Source of the DNA: Salinivirgaceae bacterium
GTDB taxonomy: Bacteria > Bacteroidota > Bacteroidia > Bacteroidales > SZUA-534
Direction of reading: 5' to 3'
DNA length: 64,000 bases
NCBI GenBank assembly: GCA_017474765.1
Contig: JAFVGW010000016.1
Location: forward strand, 4,775 to 68,774
In this document: piece after piece, positions 28,089 through 39,800 of the stretch
How positions within the stretch are numbered: the first letter of the stretch is position 1
Layout of the letters: each line of letters begins with the position of its first letter
Translations under genes and position numbers: made by a program
Notes under the pieces: generated by a model
Databases searched by the model: none
Seen by the model: the letters and a program-made list of their open reading frames with translations, nothing else
What the model was told of the DNA's origin: nothing

Positions 28089-30188
28089 TTATTCAATAAA
28101 CCCCTTACGTCTGAGCAGATTCTTCGGGTCGGGTTGGCGGCCGCGGAAGTTGACATAGAGCGTCATCGGGTCGTCGGTGAAGCCGCGCTCTAGAATGTTG
28201 CGACGCAGACTGGTGGCCACTTCGCGGTTGAAGATGTCGCCCGTCTCTTTGAAGGCTGCAAAAACATCGGCATCCAGAACAGCAGCCCATGTGTAACTGT
28301 AATAGCCTGCTTCATAGCCAGTTGTGAATATATGGCTAAAGTTGGTGCTTCGGTAACGGACGATTATTTGCGGAATCATACCCATGCGCTCCATCGAAGC
28401 CTTCTCAAATGCTTCTACATCAATCGAATCGGTGGTTGTTACCAGATGATAGTCCATATCAAGGATGGTGGCCGACAGCAATTCTGTCATCACAAAACCT
28501 TGATTGAACGTTTTGGCGCGTTGCAAGCTTGCAATAAGAGAGTCGGGAATAGTTTCGCCAGTCAGGTAATGCTTTGCATATGAGCGCATTACTTCGGGTT
28601 CGTAGCACCAGTTTTCCATCAGTTGCGAAGGCATCTCAACAAAATCGCGCGGCACATTTGTGCCCGACAAACTTGCGTAAGTGCACTTCGACAGGAATCC
28701 GTGCAGCGCATGGCCAAACTCGTGGAAAAGGGTCTCCACTTCATCCATCGTCAGCAGCGAAGGCTTGTCGGCCGTGGGTTTGGTGAAGTTGCAGACATTG
28801 CAAATCACAGGCCGATGGTCAACACCGTCCTTCACATATTGCTCGTTGATGTTGTTCATCCACGCACCACCGCGTTTTCCTGCACGTGGGAAGTAGTCGC
28901 CGTAGAAAATGCCCAGCAGTGAGCCATCGGCATCCATAACCTTAAACACTTCAACATCAGGATTATAAACAGGCATCCCCGAAAGTTTTTCGAATTTCAG
29001 TCCATAGAGTTTCGTAGCCAAATCGAACACGCCCTGGCGCACATTCTCAAGTTTGAAATATGGCTTCAGCGCTTCTTCGTCGAGATTGTATTTCTTGCGG
29101 CGCAGTTTTTCGGCATAAAACCACCAGTCCCACGGCTCAAGCTTTTCGCCGCGGCCTTCGGCATCCATAAGTTTTTGAAGTTCAGCAGCTTCCTTTTTGG
29201 CTTGCGCTAACGATGGTTCCCAAACCGATGGCAGAAAATCCATCACATTTTTTGAGTTTTTGGCCATAGATGTCTCGAGAATCATGTCGGCAGGATTGTC
29301 GAACCCAAACATTTTCGCCTTCTCAACGCGCAGCCTAACCGTTTGATTGATAACCGATTTATTATCATACTCGTTATTGTTGTTGCCGCGAATTGTGTAG
29401 GAGATGAGCAGTTCCTTGCGCAGTTGGCGGTTCGTACAATATTGAAGCACAGGGATAAAACTCGATTTCTGCGTTGTGAAGAGCCATTTGCCAGACTGAC
29501 CAGCGGCAGCGGCTTCTTCGGCGGCAACGTTCTTCACATCCTGCGGCAGACCGTCCAAATCTTGCTCATTATCAATCCATTTCTGATAAGCGTTGGTCTC
29601 AGCCAGCACGTTGCCCGCAAACTTGATGTCGAGCAAGCCTAACTCTTTGTTAATCTCGCGCAGGCGGGCTTTTTGCTCATCGTTAAGATTTGCGCCGCTG
29701 CGGACGAAACTCTGATATTTCTTCTCGAGCAACCGCATCTGTTCCTGATTGAGATTGAGAGAGTTACGTTCATCATATACAGTCTTGATTCGTTTGAAGA
29801 GCGCAGCGTTCAAACGGATATTGTCGGAATGGTCGGTGAGCAAAGGTGTAACCTTCTCGGCTATAGCATCCATATCTTTGTCAGTATCAGCCGAATAGAG
29901 ATTAAAAAATACGCTGCTCACACGGTCGAGCATGGCGCCAGAATATTCAAGCGCTTCGATGGTGTTGGCGAAAGTAGGCGGTTCGGGATTGTTCGCAATT
30001 GCTTCAATTTCAAGCGAATCCTGACGCATTCCTTCAAGAAAGGCGGGCATATAATGCTCGGTTTTAATCTTGTCGAATGGCGGCACACCATAGGGCGTGT
30101 CAAACTCTGCGAAGAATGGATTTTGCGTGTCGGCACACGAAACAGTTATCATTGACATTAGACTGAAAATTAAATATTTATGTTTCAT
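28089..30188 (-). CDS. dcp: M3 family peptidyl-dipeptidase Dcp (lipoprotein signal)
   Basis: HEFGHALH, RDFVEMPSQ, GYEAGYYSY, KRGGAWM. Confidence 0.92.
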   Translation of the reverse strand: MKHKYLIFSLMSMITVSCADTQNPFFAEFDTPYGVPPFDKIKTEHYMPAFLEGMRQDSLEIEAIANNPEPPTFANTIEALEYSGAMLDRVSSVFFNLYSADTDKDMDAIAEKVTPLLTDHSDNIRLNAALFKRIKTVYDERNSLNLNQEQMRLLEKKYQSFVRSGANLNDEQKARLREINKELGLLDIKFAGNVLAETNAYQKWIDNEQDLDGLPQDVKNVAAEEAAAAGQSGKWLFTTQKSSFIPVLQYCTNRQLRKELLISYTIRGNNNNEYDNKSVINQTVRLRVEKAKMFGFDNPADMILETSMAKNSKNVMDFLPSVWEPSLAQAKKEAAELQKLMDAEGRGEKLEPWDWWFYAEKLRRKKYNLDEEALKPYFKLENVRQGVFDLATKLYGLKFEKLSGMPVYNPDVEVFKVMDADGSLLGIFYGDYFPRAGKRGGAWMNNINEQYVKDGVDHRPVICNVCNFTKPTADKPSLLTMDEVETLFHEFGHALHGFLSKCTYASLSGTNVPRDFVEMPSQLMENWCYEPEVMRSYAKHYLTGETIPDSLIASLQRAKTFNQGFVMTELLSATILDMDYHLVTTTDSIDVEAFEKASMERMGMIPQIIVRYRSTNFSHIFTTGYEAGYYSYTWAAVLDADVFAAFKETGDIFNREVATSLRRNILERGFTDDPMTLYVNFRGRQPDPKNLLRRKGFIE

Positions 30189-30270
30189 TTTAAAACTTAA
30201 TTAGTGGTTTACAAATTTATATTTGTGTTCTGAAAAATGACCGTTTTGGCTATTTTTTATGCAACTTTTA

Positions 30271-30285
30271 TGCAACCGATTGTTA
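30271..30285. promoter_or_regulatory. Putative LacI-type operator TGCAACCGATTGTTA
   Basis: AAnCGnTT palindrome core; identical 15-mer at 46261. Confidence 0.65.
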
Positions 30286-30333
30286 CCTGTTTAAAAATTG
30301 CGATATTGCGCACATTATTTAAATAGAAAAAAG

Positions 30334-32721
30334 ATGAAAATAACACGACTATCTACTGTGCTGCTTGCTTGCGGTTTGATGGCAGCTTGCAACAACGGCG
30401 CCAAAATCAAAACTCTGCCTGCCAACGAATTCGCTCTTGGCGATGTGCAACTGCTCGACGGACCGCTGAAAGACGCCCGCGACCTTAACATCAAGGTGCT
30501 GCTCGAATACGATGTTGACCGACTGCTGGCGCCATTCCGCAAGGAAGCCGGGCTTGAGCCGAAGGCCGAGTCGTTCCCGTGCTGGATTGGTCTCGACGGC
30601 CACGTTGGCGGCCACTATCTGTCGGCAATGGCAATCAACTATGCCGCCACCGGCAATGCCGAATGCAAACGGCGAATGGAATATATGCTTTCGGAACTCA
30701 AAGAGTGTCAGGAAGCTGGCGCGAAAAACAACCCCGAATGGGGCGTCGGCTACCTTGGCGGAATGCCCGAGAGCGCAAAGGTCTGGACAGCCTTCAAGAA
30801 AGGCGATTTCGGGCCGTACTGGGGCGCTTGGGCACCGTTCTACAACATTCACAAGATGTTTGCCGGCCTGCGCGACGCCTGGAACTACTGCGGCAACACC
30901 GATGCCCGCGATATGTTTCTGAAATACTGCGACTGGTGCGTCAACCTTTGCGCCGACCTGACCGACGAGCAGATGGAACAGATGATGGGCAACGAGTACG
31001 GCGGTATGAACGAAGTGCTGGCCGATGCCTACGAGCTGACTGGCGATGCCAAATATCTGGATTGCGCTAAACGCTTCTCGCACAAGATGATACTGAATCC
31101 GCTGGTTGCTGGCGAAGACAAACTCGACAATCTGCACGCAAACACTCAAGTGCCAAAAGTGATTGGTTTTGAGCGCATTGCACAACTTTCAGGCGATACT
31201 GACTATCAAAAGGCTTCGGAATTCTTCTGGCAGACAGTGGTTTACAACCGCTCGCTAGCTTTTGGCGGCCACGGACGGCGCGAGCACTTCCCGTCGAAGG
31301 AAGCCTGCAACGACTTTGTGAACGACATTGACGGTCCTGAGTCGTGCAACTCGTATAATATGCTGAAACTCACCGAAGATTTGTTCACCGTTGAGCCGCA
31401 GGCAAAATATGCCGACTACTACGAGCGCACAATGTTCAACCACATTCTGTCGACTCAGCACCCCGAACACGGTGGTTATGTGTACTTTACATCGGCTCGT
31501 CCGCGCCACTACCGCGTTTACTCGGCGCCCAATATGGCAATGTGGTGCTGCGTTGGCACGGGAATGGAAAATCACGGAAAGTACAACCAATTCATCTATA
31601 CAAAGAACGATAACAAACTGTATGTCAACTTGTTTGTAGCTTCTGAGCTGAATTGGAAAGAGCGCGGAATCAAAGTGCGTCAAGAGACTGATTTCCCTTA
31701 CGGCGAGCAATCTAAAATCACTGTAACCGACTGCAAATCAACGTTCGACCTTATGCTACGCTATCCCGAGTGGGTTGCCAAAGGCGAGTTCAAGGTGAGC
31801 CTGAACGGACAACCGGTTGAAATCAATGCCGAGCCATCGTCGTACATAAGCATTAATGGTTTGAAAAAAGGTGATATTCTGGAAGTTGCGTTCCCAATGC
31901 ACACCCACATTGAGCGTATGCCGAACGTGCCGCAGTACGTTGCGATTATGCACGGACCGATTCTTTTGGGTATGAAGACTGGCACCGAGGATTTGGCAGG
32001 CTTGGTTGCCGATGACGGCCGTTGGGGACAGTACGCAAGCGGTGCTCTGCAGCCGATTGACAAGGCGCCAATCATCATCGATGACGACATTGAGAACATC
32101 GGCGACAAGCTGCAACCCATTGAAGGCAAGCCACTTCACTTCAAGCTGAACGCTCGTACGGAAAACCCGATTGACGGTGAGCTTGAGCCGTTCTTCGGAA
32201 TCCACGATTCGCGCTATATGATTTATTGGCTGGCACTTAGCACGAACGGATACAAATCGTACATCGACTCGCTGGCCAACATCGAAAAAGAAAAAATCAA
32301 ACTGAAACAACGCTCAACCGACTTTGTGGCGCCCGGTGAGCAACAGCCCGAAACCGACCACGCTATGCAGGCCGAAAAATCGCACACGGGCAACACACAG
32401 AACGTCTTCTTCCGCACGGCAAGCAACGGAGGATTCTTCAGCTACGATATGGCCACCCAATCGCGCACCGACCTGTCGCTCTACGTGAAATATTGGGGCG
32501 TGAACGACTGGGGCAACAAGGTTTTCGACATCTACATCGACGACGACAAGCTGACCACCGTAAACAACATAAAACGCTGGAACACATCGCAGTTCAAGAC
32601 CGAAGAATACCCCATCCCCGCTTCGATGCTGAAGGGCAAAAAGAGCGTGCGCGTGAAATTCCAAACCAATCAGGGCACTGAAATTGGCGGAATTTATGAG
32701 GTTAGATTGGTCAAAAAGTAA
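30334..32721 (+). CDS. GH127/GH146 beta-L-arabinofuranosidase-like lipoprotein
   Basis: Lipobox MAAC; GHVGGHYLSA, HANTQVPK, ESCNSYNMLKL, WCCVGTG. Confidence 0.9.
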   Translation: MKITRLSTVLLACGLMAACNNGAKIKTLPANEFALGDVQLLDGPLKDARDLNIKVLLEYDVDRLLAPFRKEAGLEPKAESFPCWIGLDGHVGGHYLSAMAINYAATGNAECKRRMEYMLSELKECQEAGAKNNPEWGVGYLGGMPESAKVWTAFKKGDFGPYWGAWAPFYNIHKMFAGLRDAWNYCGNTDARDMFLKYCDWCVNLCADLTDEQMEQMMGNEYGGMNEVLADAYELTGDAKYLDCAKRFSHKMILNPLVAGEDKLDNLHANTQVPKVIGFERIAQLSGDTDYQKASEFFWQTVVYNRSLAFGGHGRREHFPSKEACNDFVNDIDGPESCNSYNMLKLTEDLFTVEPQAKYADYYERTMFNHILSTQHPEHGGYVYFTSARPRHYRVYSAPNMAMWCCVGTGMENHGKYNQFIYTKNDNKLYVNLFVASELNWKERGIKVRQETDFPYGEQSKITVTDCKSTFDLMLRYPEWVAKGEFKVSLNGQPVEINAEPSSYISINGLKKGDILEVAFPMHTHIERMPNVPQYVAIMHGPILLGMKTGTEDLAGLVADDGRWGQYASGALQPIDKAPIIIDDDIENIGDKLQPIEGKPLHFKLNARTENPIDGELEPFFGIHDSRYMIYWLALSTNGYKSYIDSLANIEKEKIKLKQRSTDFVAPGEQQPETDHAMQAEKSHTGNTQNVFFRTASNGGFFSYDMATQSRTDLSLYVKYWGVNDWGNKVFDIYIDDDKLTTVNNIKRWNTSQFKTEEYPIPASMLKGKKSVRVKFQTNQGTEIGGIYEVRLVKK

Positions 32722-32796
32722 AATAGCAATACATCTTCGGCAGTGGTCGTATTTTAATTGATACAGAAATTTCGCCGATAGGTTGAATATTCCGAT

Positions 32797-32836
32797 AAAC
32801 GCCAGCATTGTGAATAATAATGCTGGCGTTTTTTAT
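32797..32836 (+). terminator. Rho-independent terminator
   Basis: AACGCCAGCATT...AATGCTGGCGTT followed by a T-run. Confidence 0.85.
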
Positions 32837-32903
32837 TACAAAAAGCATATATCGTTGATTATTATTTACCGACTTGTGAAAGTTGAGTTATTTTTGTGCC
32901 GTT

Positions 32904-33530
32904 ATGCAACAGATTACACTCAAGTTGAACGTTCCTGACGGTGCGCGTGTGCTGCTCCACTCCTGTTGCGCGCCATGCTCGTCGGCAATTGTTGAGTGCA
33001 TGCTAAAAAACGACATCCGTCCAACCATATTTTACTGCAATCCAAATATTTATCCACAAGGCGAATACCGCGTCCGCAAGGACGAATGCACCCGATTCGC
33101 ACAAGACTTGGGGCTTGAAATTGTTGACGATGACTACAACCACGACCAATGGTTGCAAACTGCCCTGCCCCTTGCCGATGAACCCGAACGCGGGCGCCGT
33201 TGCCTTGAATGCTTCAAATACCGACTGCTGCGCACAGCACAATATGCCGAGCAAAACGGCTTCACATTGTTCACCACAACGCTTGCATCGTCGCGGTGGA
33301 AAAGCCTTGAGCAAATCAATGAGGCTGGCGCATGGGCGGCATCAAAGGTTGCCAACGTTGCTTTCTGGGACCAGAACTGGCGCAAAGGCGGCTTGAGCGA
33401 GCGCCGCATCGAAATAATCCGCCAGTACAAGTTTTACGAGCAGCAATACTGCGGCTGCGAGTTCAGCCTGAAAGCATCAAACGAATGGCGCAAAGCAAAT
33501 GGCAAGGAGTTGATTGTCCGCAATGCCTAA
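32904..33530 (+). CDS. queH: Epoxyqueuosine reductase QueH
   Basis: LLHSCCAPCS, NPNIYP, PERGRRCLEC, YEQQYCGC; TATTTTTG -7 element at 32889. Confidence 0.92.
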   Translation: MQQITLKLNVPDGARVLLHSCCAPCSSAIVECMLKNDIRPTIFYCNPNIYPQGEYRVRKDECTRFAQDLGLEIVDDDYNHDQWLQTALPLADEPERGRRCLECFKYRLLRTAQYAEQNGFTLFTTTLASSRWKSLEQINEAGAWAASKVANVAFWDQNWRKGGLSERRIEIIRQYKFYEQQYCGCEFSLKASNEWRKANGKELIVRNA

Positions 33531-33755
33531 AAATCGGCTCAAACTGGCCTGAAATCCCCACTCCCGCACTATTTCGGTGCAAACGTTTTTCCACCTTTGC
33601 GCCAGAAAAACGCTTTTGATTTTCACACACATATAGAATCGCGTCATCGGCAAAAACTGGCCGTTGATAGAGTTGTTGCGCAATAATTTTTAAGAAAACT
33701 TTTTAGAGCCTTAAAGTTTTCTACTTTTGCGCCATAATTCAGAAAAACGCGCAAA

Positions 33756-34376
33756 ATGGACGCTAAAGACTGCATAATTGAAGGGGCTAGGGCACTTTTC
33801 AGAAAAAACGGACTGAAAAGTGTAACAATGGACGAACTGGCGCGGTCTTTGGGTATGTCGAAGCGGACCATCTACGAGAATTTCAAAGACAAAAACGCGC
33901 TCATTGAGGCGTGTCTGCTGAAATCGGCGGCCGACTCCACCGCTCGACGAAACAAGATTCTCGACTCAAACTCAAATGTTTACGAAGTAATGTATCAGTT
34001 TGCGCAACTACAGCACGAGGAATTGAGCGGCATCAACCCCGTTCTTTTCGACGACCTGCGCAAATACTATTCCGACCTGCTGGCCAAATCGAAAAGAAAA
34101 GGCCTTGACAACTCGCTGAAACTGCTCGAGCGGCTGTTCAAGACGGGAATCGACGGGCGGTTCTTCAACGGCGACAATTTCAACGTGGAAGTGGCAAGCC
34201 GACTCATCTGCAACTCAATTGAGTTTGCGATTGACCTTATCGATAATCACAAATTCGCGCCATACGAGGTTTACCGCACCATCTTCTATCCTTTCTTCAG
34301 GGGCATCAGCACCGAAAAGGGCATCGGCGAACTGGACAAGGTGAACCAAAAAATGTACGGGCATAAAAAACAATGA
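33756..34376 (+). CDS. TetR/AcrR family regulator
   Basis: LFRKNGLKSVTMDELARSLGMSKRTIYENF HTH; first gene of the efflux operon; TACTTTTG -7 element at 33722. Confidence 0.92.
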   Translation: MDAKDCIIEGARALFRKNGLKSVTMDELARSLGMSKRTIYENFKDKNALIEACLLKSAADSTARRNKILDSNSNVYEVMYQFAQLQHEELSGINPVLFDDLRKYYSDLLAKSKRKGLDNSLKLLERLFKTGIDGRFFNGDNFNVEVASRLICNSIEFAIDLIDNHKFAPYEVYRTIFYPFFRGISTEKGIGELDKVNQKMYGHKKQ

Positions 34377-34400
34377 CAACACTATTTTAATTATAAAACA

Positions 34401-35753
34401 ATGAAACAGAAAATTCTAATCACAACTCTGGCTACAATGGCGGTGAGCCTTGCCGTGGGGCAAGCACCTGCCGACAGCGCAGCCAACAGCGTGGCTCTGA
34501 CGGCCGACGCTGTGAAAGCCGACACCGCTGGCACAATGCGGCTGACAATGAAAGAGGCGCAGAACTACGCCATTGAGCACAACTACTCAATGCAGAACGC
34601 ATCGCTCGACGTGCAGAAGGCCGAGGCAGCAAAATGGCAGGCGTTGGCAACAATGCTGCCGCAAATCTCGGCATCGGTTGACTACACCAATATGTTGGGC
34701 TACAAAATGAACTTCAGCGGAATGGAAATAGCTATGAACCCCTACCTGACTATGGGCGCGCAAGTGGCAATGGCGTTCAGCGGCGCTCAGGTCATCGGGT
34801 GGCAGATTAGCAAAATGTCAGTCGAAATGTCGGAAATCAGCAAAAAGAAATCGGAACAGGACATCCGCGACCAAGTAAAGAGCCTTTACTACTCGGCTCT
34901 GGTTATGGAAGAGACTGTGGCCCTGCTCGACAAGAACCTTGAGAATATGAACAAGTTGCTCGAATCGACACAAAACGCTGTGAAAGTGGGCGTTTCGGAA
35001 CAGATTGACGCCGACAAGCTGCAAGTGCAGGTGCTGACAATGCAGACAACCATCAGTTCGACAAAGCGCTCGCTTGAAATGATTTACAACGCTATGCGCC
35101 TTCAGCTCGGTTCTGACGTAAACACCAAAATTGAATTGTCGCAGACCATCGACGACCTGCTGAACGTCGAAATGGCAACCAAACTACTGACAGAAGATTT
35201 CGACATCAACAAAAACTATGATTATCAACTGCTTGAGCAGTCTTCCGAAATCTACAAAAAACAAGTTACGCTGGCAAAATGGAACTTCGCACCGTCGTTG
35301 ACAGTGCACTATTCGTATACCAAAAAGAAATATATCGGCGAGGCAGGCTTCGATATGACGCCACCGAATATGTTCGGCGCAAGTCTGTCGATTCCGATTG
35401 CATCGAGCAGCAACCGCTGGTTTAAGCACAAAGAGTCACAAATCAACTATCAGGAACAACAAAATACGATTGAGAACACCACAAACGCCCTGCTTGTTCA
35501 ACATAGCCAACTGAAATACAATCTGGCGTCGGCTTACGAGACGTTTGAGAACCAAAAGCAGAACACCGAGGTTACTCAACGCGTGTTCGACAAGACGAGT
35601 CAAAAATATGAGCAGGGCGTGGCTTCGAGCCTTGAGGTGACCAACGCGGGCACCAACCTTATTTCGGCGCAAAGCAGTTACGTTCAAGCACTTATGGAAC
35701 TTGTGACGGCGCAAATCGAACTTGAGAAACTTCTTAACATCGACAATAAATAA
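34401..35753 (+). CDS. TolC family outer membrane efflux protein
   Basis: Signal peptide, LTMKEAQNYAIEHN, YEQGVASSLEV; operon context. Confidence 0.9.
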   Translation: MKQKILITTLATMAVSLAVGQAPADSAANSVALTADAVKADTAGTMRLTMKEAQNYAIEHNYSMQNASLDVQKAEAAKWQALATMLPQISASVDYTNMLGYKMNFSGMEIAMNPYLTMGAQVAMAFSGAQVIGWQISKMSVEMSEISKKKSEQDIRDQVKSLYYSALVMEETVALLDKNLENMNKLLESTQNAVKVGVSEQIDADKLQVQVLTMQTTISSTKRSLEMIYNAMRLQLGSDVNTKIELSQTIDDLLNVEMATKLLTEDFDINKNYDYQLLEQSSEIYKKQVTLAKWNFAPSLTVHYSYTKKKYIGEAGFDMTPPNMFGASLSIPIASSSNRWFKHKESQINYQEQQNTIENTTNALLVQHSQLKYNLASAYETFENQKQNTEVTQRVFDKTSQKYEQGVASSLEVTNAGTNLISAQSSYVQALMELVTAQIELEKLLNIDNK

Positions 35754-35780
35754 TAATCAATAATAAAAAAAGATAAAACA

Positions 35781-36797
35781 ATGAAAACTAAACAGTTAAT
35801 CAGTTTTGCAGTTTTGGCTTGCGTGGCTTTGGCAGCCGTAAGTTGCAAGCAGGAAGAGAAAAAGGCCGAAAAAGCCCGCATTGAAAAGGTTAAGGTTCAG
35901 AAACTTAAGAAAGTGACCATCGACCGCGTGTATGAAGTTTCGACAACGCTCGAGGGCTACGAGACAATGAACATTGCGCCGTCGCTCACGGGAACCATTG
36001 AGCACATCTACGTTGAGATTGGCAGCAAAGTGACTGCAGGTCAGGACCTTGTGCGTATGGACCAGACACAGTACAAGACAACCAAACTCACCGTTGACAA
36101 CCTGACAACCGAAATGCAGCGTATGGACGCGCTGAAAGAGAGCGGCAACGTGTCGCAGCAGGTTTACGACCAGACCAAGGTGGCCTACGACCAGGCCAAG
36201 CAGAACCTTGATTTTCTGCGCCAGAACACGTTTGTGAAGGCAAAATTCGCAGGCAGCATATCGGCCAAGAACTATGAGGACGGCGAACTCTACGGCGGCG
36301 GCCCGATTCTGACGCTCACGCAGATTGACAAACTGAAGGCCTACATCAACATTCCCGAATCGTACTTCCCGCACGTGAAGGAAGGAATGTCGCTGACGCT
36401 GAAGTCGGACATCTACCCCGACAAAGAGTTCAAGGCCGTGGTTGAGATTGTTCACCCGACCATCGACGCGTCGAGCCACACGTTCCAGGCCAAAATCAAG
36501 ATTGACAACAAGGCCAACTACCTGCGCCCAGGAATGTTTGTGCGCACCACAATGCCCATCTCGCAGCAGGAAGTCATCATCGCTCCCTATCAGGCTGTGC
36601 TGAAGCAGATTGGCTCAAACGACCGCTACGTGTTCGTCAACAACAACGGCCGCGCCAAACGCGTGCCAGTGAAAATGGGCCAGCGTTTCGACGAGAATGT
36701 TGAAATCATCACCGACGGCATAACCGAGAACGACGAACTTGTGGTTGTCGGCCAGGGCCACCTGATTGACGACGTGCAAATCGACATTGTGAAATAA
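35781..36797 (+). CDS. RND efflux periplasmic adaptor (MFP)
   Basis: Lipobox VSC, GTIEHIYVEIGSKV lipoyl half, LRPGMF. Confidence 0.92.
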   Translation: MKTKQLISFAVLACVALAAVSCKQEEKKAEKARIEKVKVQKLKKVTIDRVYEVSTTLEGYETMNIAPSLTGTIEHIYVEIGSKVTAGQDLVRMDQTQYKTTKLTVDNLTTEMQRMDALKESGNVSQQVYDQTKVAYDQAKQNLDFLRQNTFVKAKFAGSISAKNYEDGELYGGGPILTLTQIDKLKAYINIPESYFPHVKEGMSLTLKSDIYPDKEFKAVVEIVHPTIDASSHTFQAKIKIDNKANYLRPGMFVRTTMPISQQEVIIAPYQAVLKQIGSNDRYVFVNNNGRAKRVPVKMGQRFDENVEIITDGITENDELVVVGQGHLIDDVQIDIVK

Positions 36798-36833
36798 AAC
36801 AGCCATTTTGTTGGAAACAAACAAGATACAAAA

Positions 36834-39800
36834 ATGAGTATATATAAGACATCCATAAACCATCCAGTCACCACATCGCTGATATTTGTGGCTGTAATGA
36901 TTATAGGCCTGTTCTCGCTGAAACAGTTGCCTATCGACCAGTTCCCCGAAATGGACCCGCCCTACGTAATGGTTATGACCACCTACGGCGGCGCCAACGC
37001 AAGCGAGATTGAGACCAACGTGTCGAGACTAATGGAAAACACGCTGAACTCGGTCGACGGACTGAAGGAAATGAACACCATATCGAAAGACAACATTTCG
37101 GTGGTGACAATGGAATTTGAGTGGGGCCTGAACCTTGACGACATTGTGAACGACGTGCGCTCGTATGTTGATATGGTGAAGGACAACCTGCCCGACGGCT
37201 GCTCGACGCCGTTCATCTTTAAATTCAGTTCGAGCGCAATGCCGATTATGATGTACGCGGTTACGGCCAACGAGAGTTACTCGGGCCTTGAGAAGATTAT
37301 CGACGACGACATCATTCCGCAACTGAACCGCGTGAACGGCATTGGCAACATCTCAATGTCGGGTCAGCCGACGCGCAACGTCTACATCGACATTGAACAG
37401 GAAAAACTCGACGCCTACGGCATTCCGCTTGAACTTGTGGGTCAGGCCATCAGCGCCAACAACCTGAATATGTCGTCGGGCAACGTGAAAATGAGCAAAG
37501 AGCAGTACGCCCTGCAGGTGCGCAGCGAGTATGCAAGCAGCGCCGAAATCAACAACATTGTGGTGACGACAACGCCCGCTGGAAAGCAGATTTTTGTGCG
37601 CGACATCGCCACCGTGCGCGACACCATCAAGGACCTGTCGCTCGACGAGAAGATTAACGGCCGCGAGGGTGTGCGCCTTATGATTACCAAGCAGTCGGGC
37701 GCCAACGCGGTGCAGATTTGCAAGGACGTGCGCGAGACGCTCAAGGAAATGAAGGACAATCTGCCCGCCGACATCAACATTGAGAATATCTACGACTCGT
37801 CGGAAGAGATTCAGAACGCCATCAACAGCCTTGCCGAGTCAATTATGTACGCGCTGCTGTTTGTGGTGCTGGTGGTGCTGTTCTTCCTGGGCCGCTGGCG
37901 CGCCACGGTCATCATCGGACTCACCATCCCTATCGCCCTGATTGTGGCGTTCATCTACCTGCTGGCTGTGGGCAGTTCGCTCAACATCATATCGCTCTGC
38001 TCGCTCACCATCGCCATTGGTATGGTGGTTGACGACGCCATTGTGGTGCTTGAGAACATCACCAAGCATATTGAGCGCGGGTCGAGTCCGCGTGAGGCGG
38101 CCATCTACGCCACCAACGAGGTGTGGATTTCGGTTATCGCCACCACGCTGGTTATTGTGGCCGTGTTTGTGCCGCTGACAATGCTTTCGGGTATGGCGGG
38201 CATCCTGTTCAAAGAGTTGGGCTGGATTGTCACCATCGCCGTCTGCACATCGACAACGGTGGCCATATCGCTCACGCCTATGCTTGCGTCGATAATGCTG
38301 AAGGGCAAGAACCTGGTGATTGAGAACGGCAAGATTGTTGAGAAGAAGGCGGCTGTGAAGAAGTGGTCGTATGAGAACACCGTGGTGCGCCTGCTCGACA
38401 AGATTGACGCCCTGTACGCCCGCCTGCTGCGCGTCTGCCTGAACCATAAGAAACTGACAATGACTGGCATTGTGGGATTCTTCGCGCTCTCGCTGCTGCC
38501 CGCCATTCTGGGCTTCATCGGCACAGACTTTATGCAGCAGTCGGACAACGCCCGCGTGAACGTGACCATTGAACTTCAGCGCGGTACGCGAATTGAAGAG
38601 ACGCTGAAGACGGCCCGCAAACTTGAGGCCCGCTTCCGCGAACTGATACCCGAAATCGAGATTATATCGACATCGGCTGGCACCAACGACGACGCAAGCG
38701 TTGGCGCGCTCTTCTCATCGACCAACAACAACAAGATTTCAATGATTGTGCGCTGCTCGAAAATGTATGACCGCGAACGCTCGATTTTCGAGATTGCCGA
38801 GGTGCTGCGCGAGGAAATGAAGCAGTATCCCGAAATCAACAAATACTTCTGCTCGACATCGGGCGGTATGGGTGCGCAATCGGTTGACGTTGAGATATAT
38901 GGCTACGATTTCGACCAAACAAGCCTTCTGGCCGAGGAAATCCGCCAAATGATTAACGACAGCATTCAGGGCGCCCGCGACGCGCAAGTGAGCCGCGAAG
39001 AGGACCGCGCCGAGCTGAACGTGAAGGTTGACAAGGAAAAACTGGCGCTGCACGGCCTGACATCGGCCACAGTGGCCACCTACGTGCGCAACCGCGTGAA
39101 CGGTATGACGGTGGGCTTCCTGAAAGAGGACGGCGACGAGTACAGCATCATCGTCCGCCTGAAAGAGGAAAACCGCAACTCTATCAGCGACCTTGAGAAC
39201 CTGACCATTCCGTCGGCCACGGGCGCGCAAATCAAACTGAAAGAGTTGGCCACCATTGAAGAGTACTGGTGCCCGCCGCAGATTGACCGCCGCAACCGCC
39301 AACGTATTGTAACCGTGAGCGTTACGCCTTACGATACATCGCTTGGCGAACTTGCCGAAGACGTGAAGGCGCTCATTGCCCGCAACGTGAAGACCACGCC
39401 TGGCATCACCGTGAAAATCGGCGGTAGTTACGAGGACCAACAGGATACGTTCGCCGATATGGGCCTTCTGCTCGCGCTGATTGTAATGCTTGTGTTTGTG
39501 GTTATGGCGTCGCAGTTCGAGTCGCTCAAAAAGCCGTTCATCATTATGATGGCAGTGCCGTTCGCCATTTCGGGTGTGATTCTGGCCTTGTGGATAACCA
39601 ACACCACATTGGATATGATTGGCGCACTGGGTGTTGTAATGCTTGTGGGTATTGTGGTTAAGAACGGTATTGTGCTGGTTGACTACATCAACCTTATGCG
39701 CGACCGCGGCTACGAGTTGAACGAGGCCATCGCCCTTTCAGGTCAGTCGCGTCTGCGCCCCGTGCTTATGACCGCCGCCACCACCATTCTGGGTATGCTG

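Noticed and set aside
25780-28089. RiPP cluster around the radical SAM/SPASM gene
   Set aside because: No precursor peptide, RRE/PqqD domain or peptide exporter nearby; the partner is a sugar-type oxidoreductase
33578-33591. TGCAAACGTTTTTC as another operator of the glycan regulon or a PurR box
   Set aside because: It differs from the CAACCGATTG core, is a single copy and has an unrelated gene context
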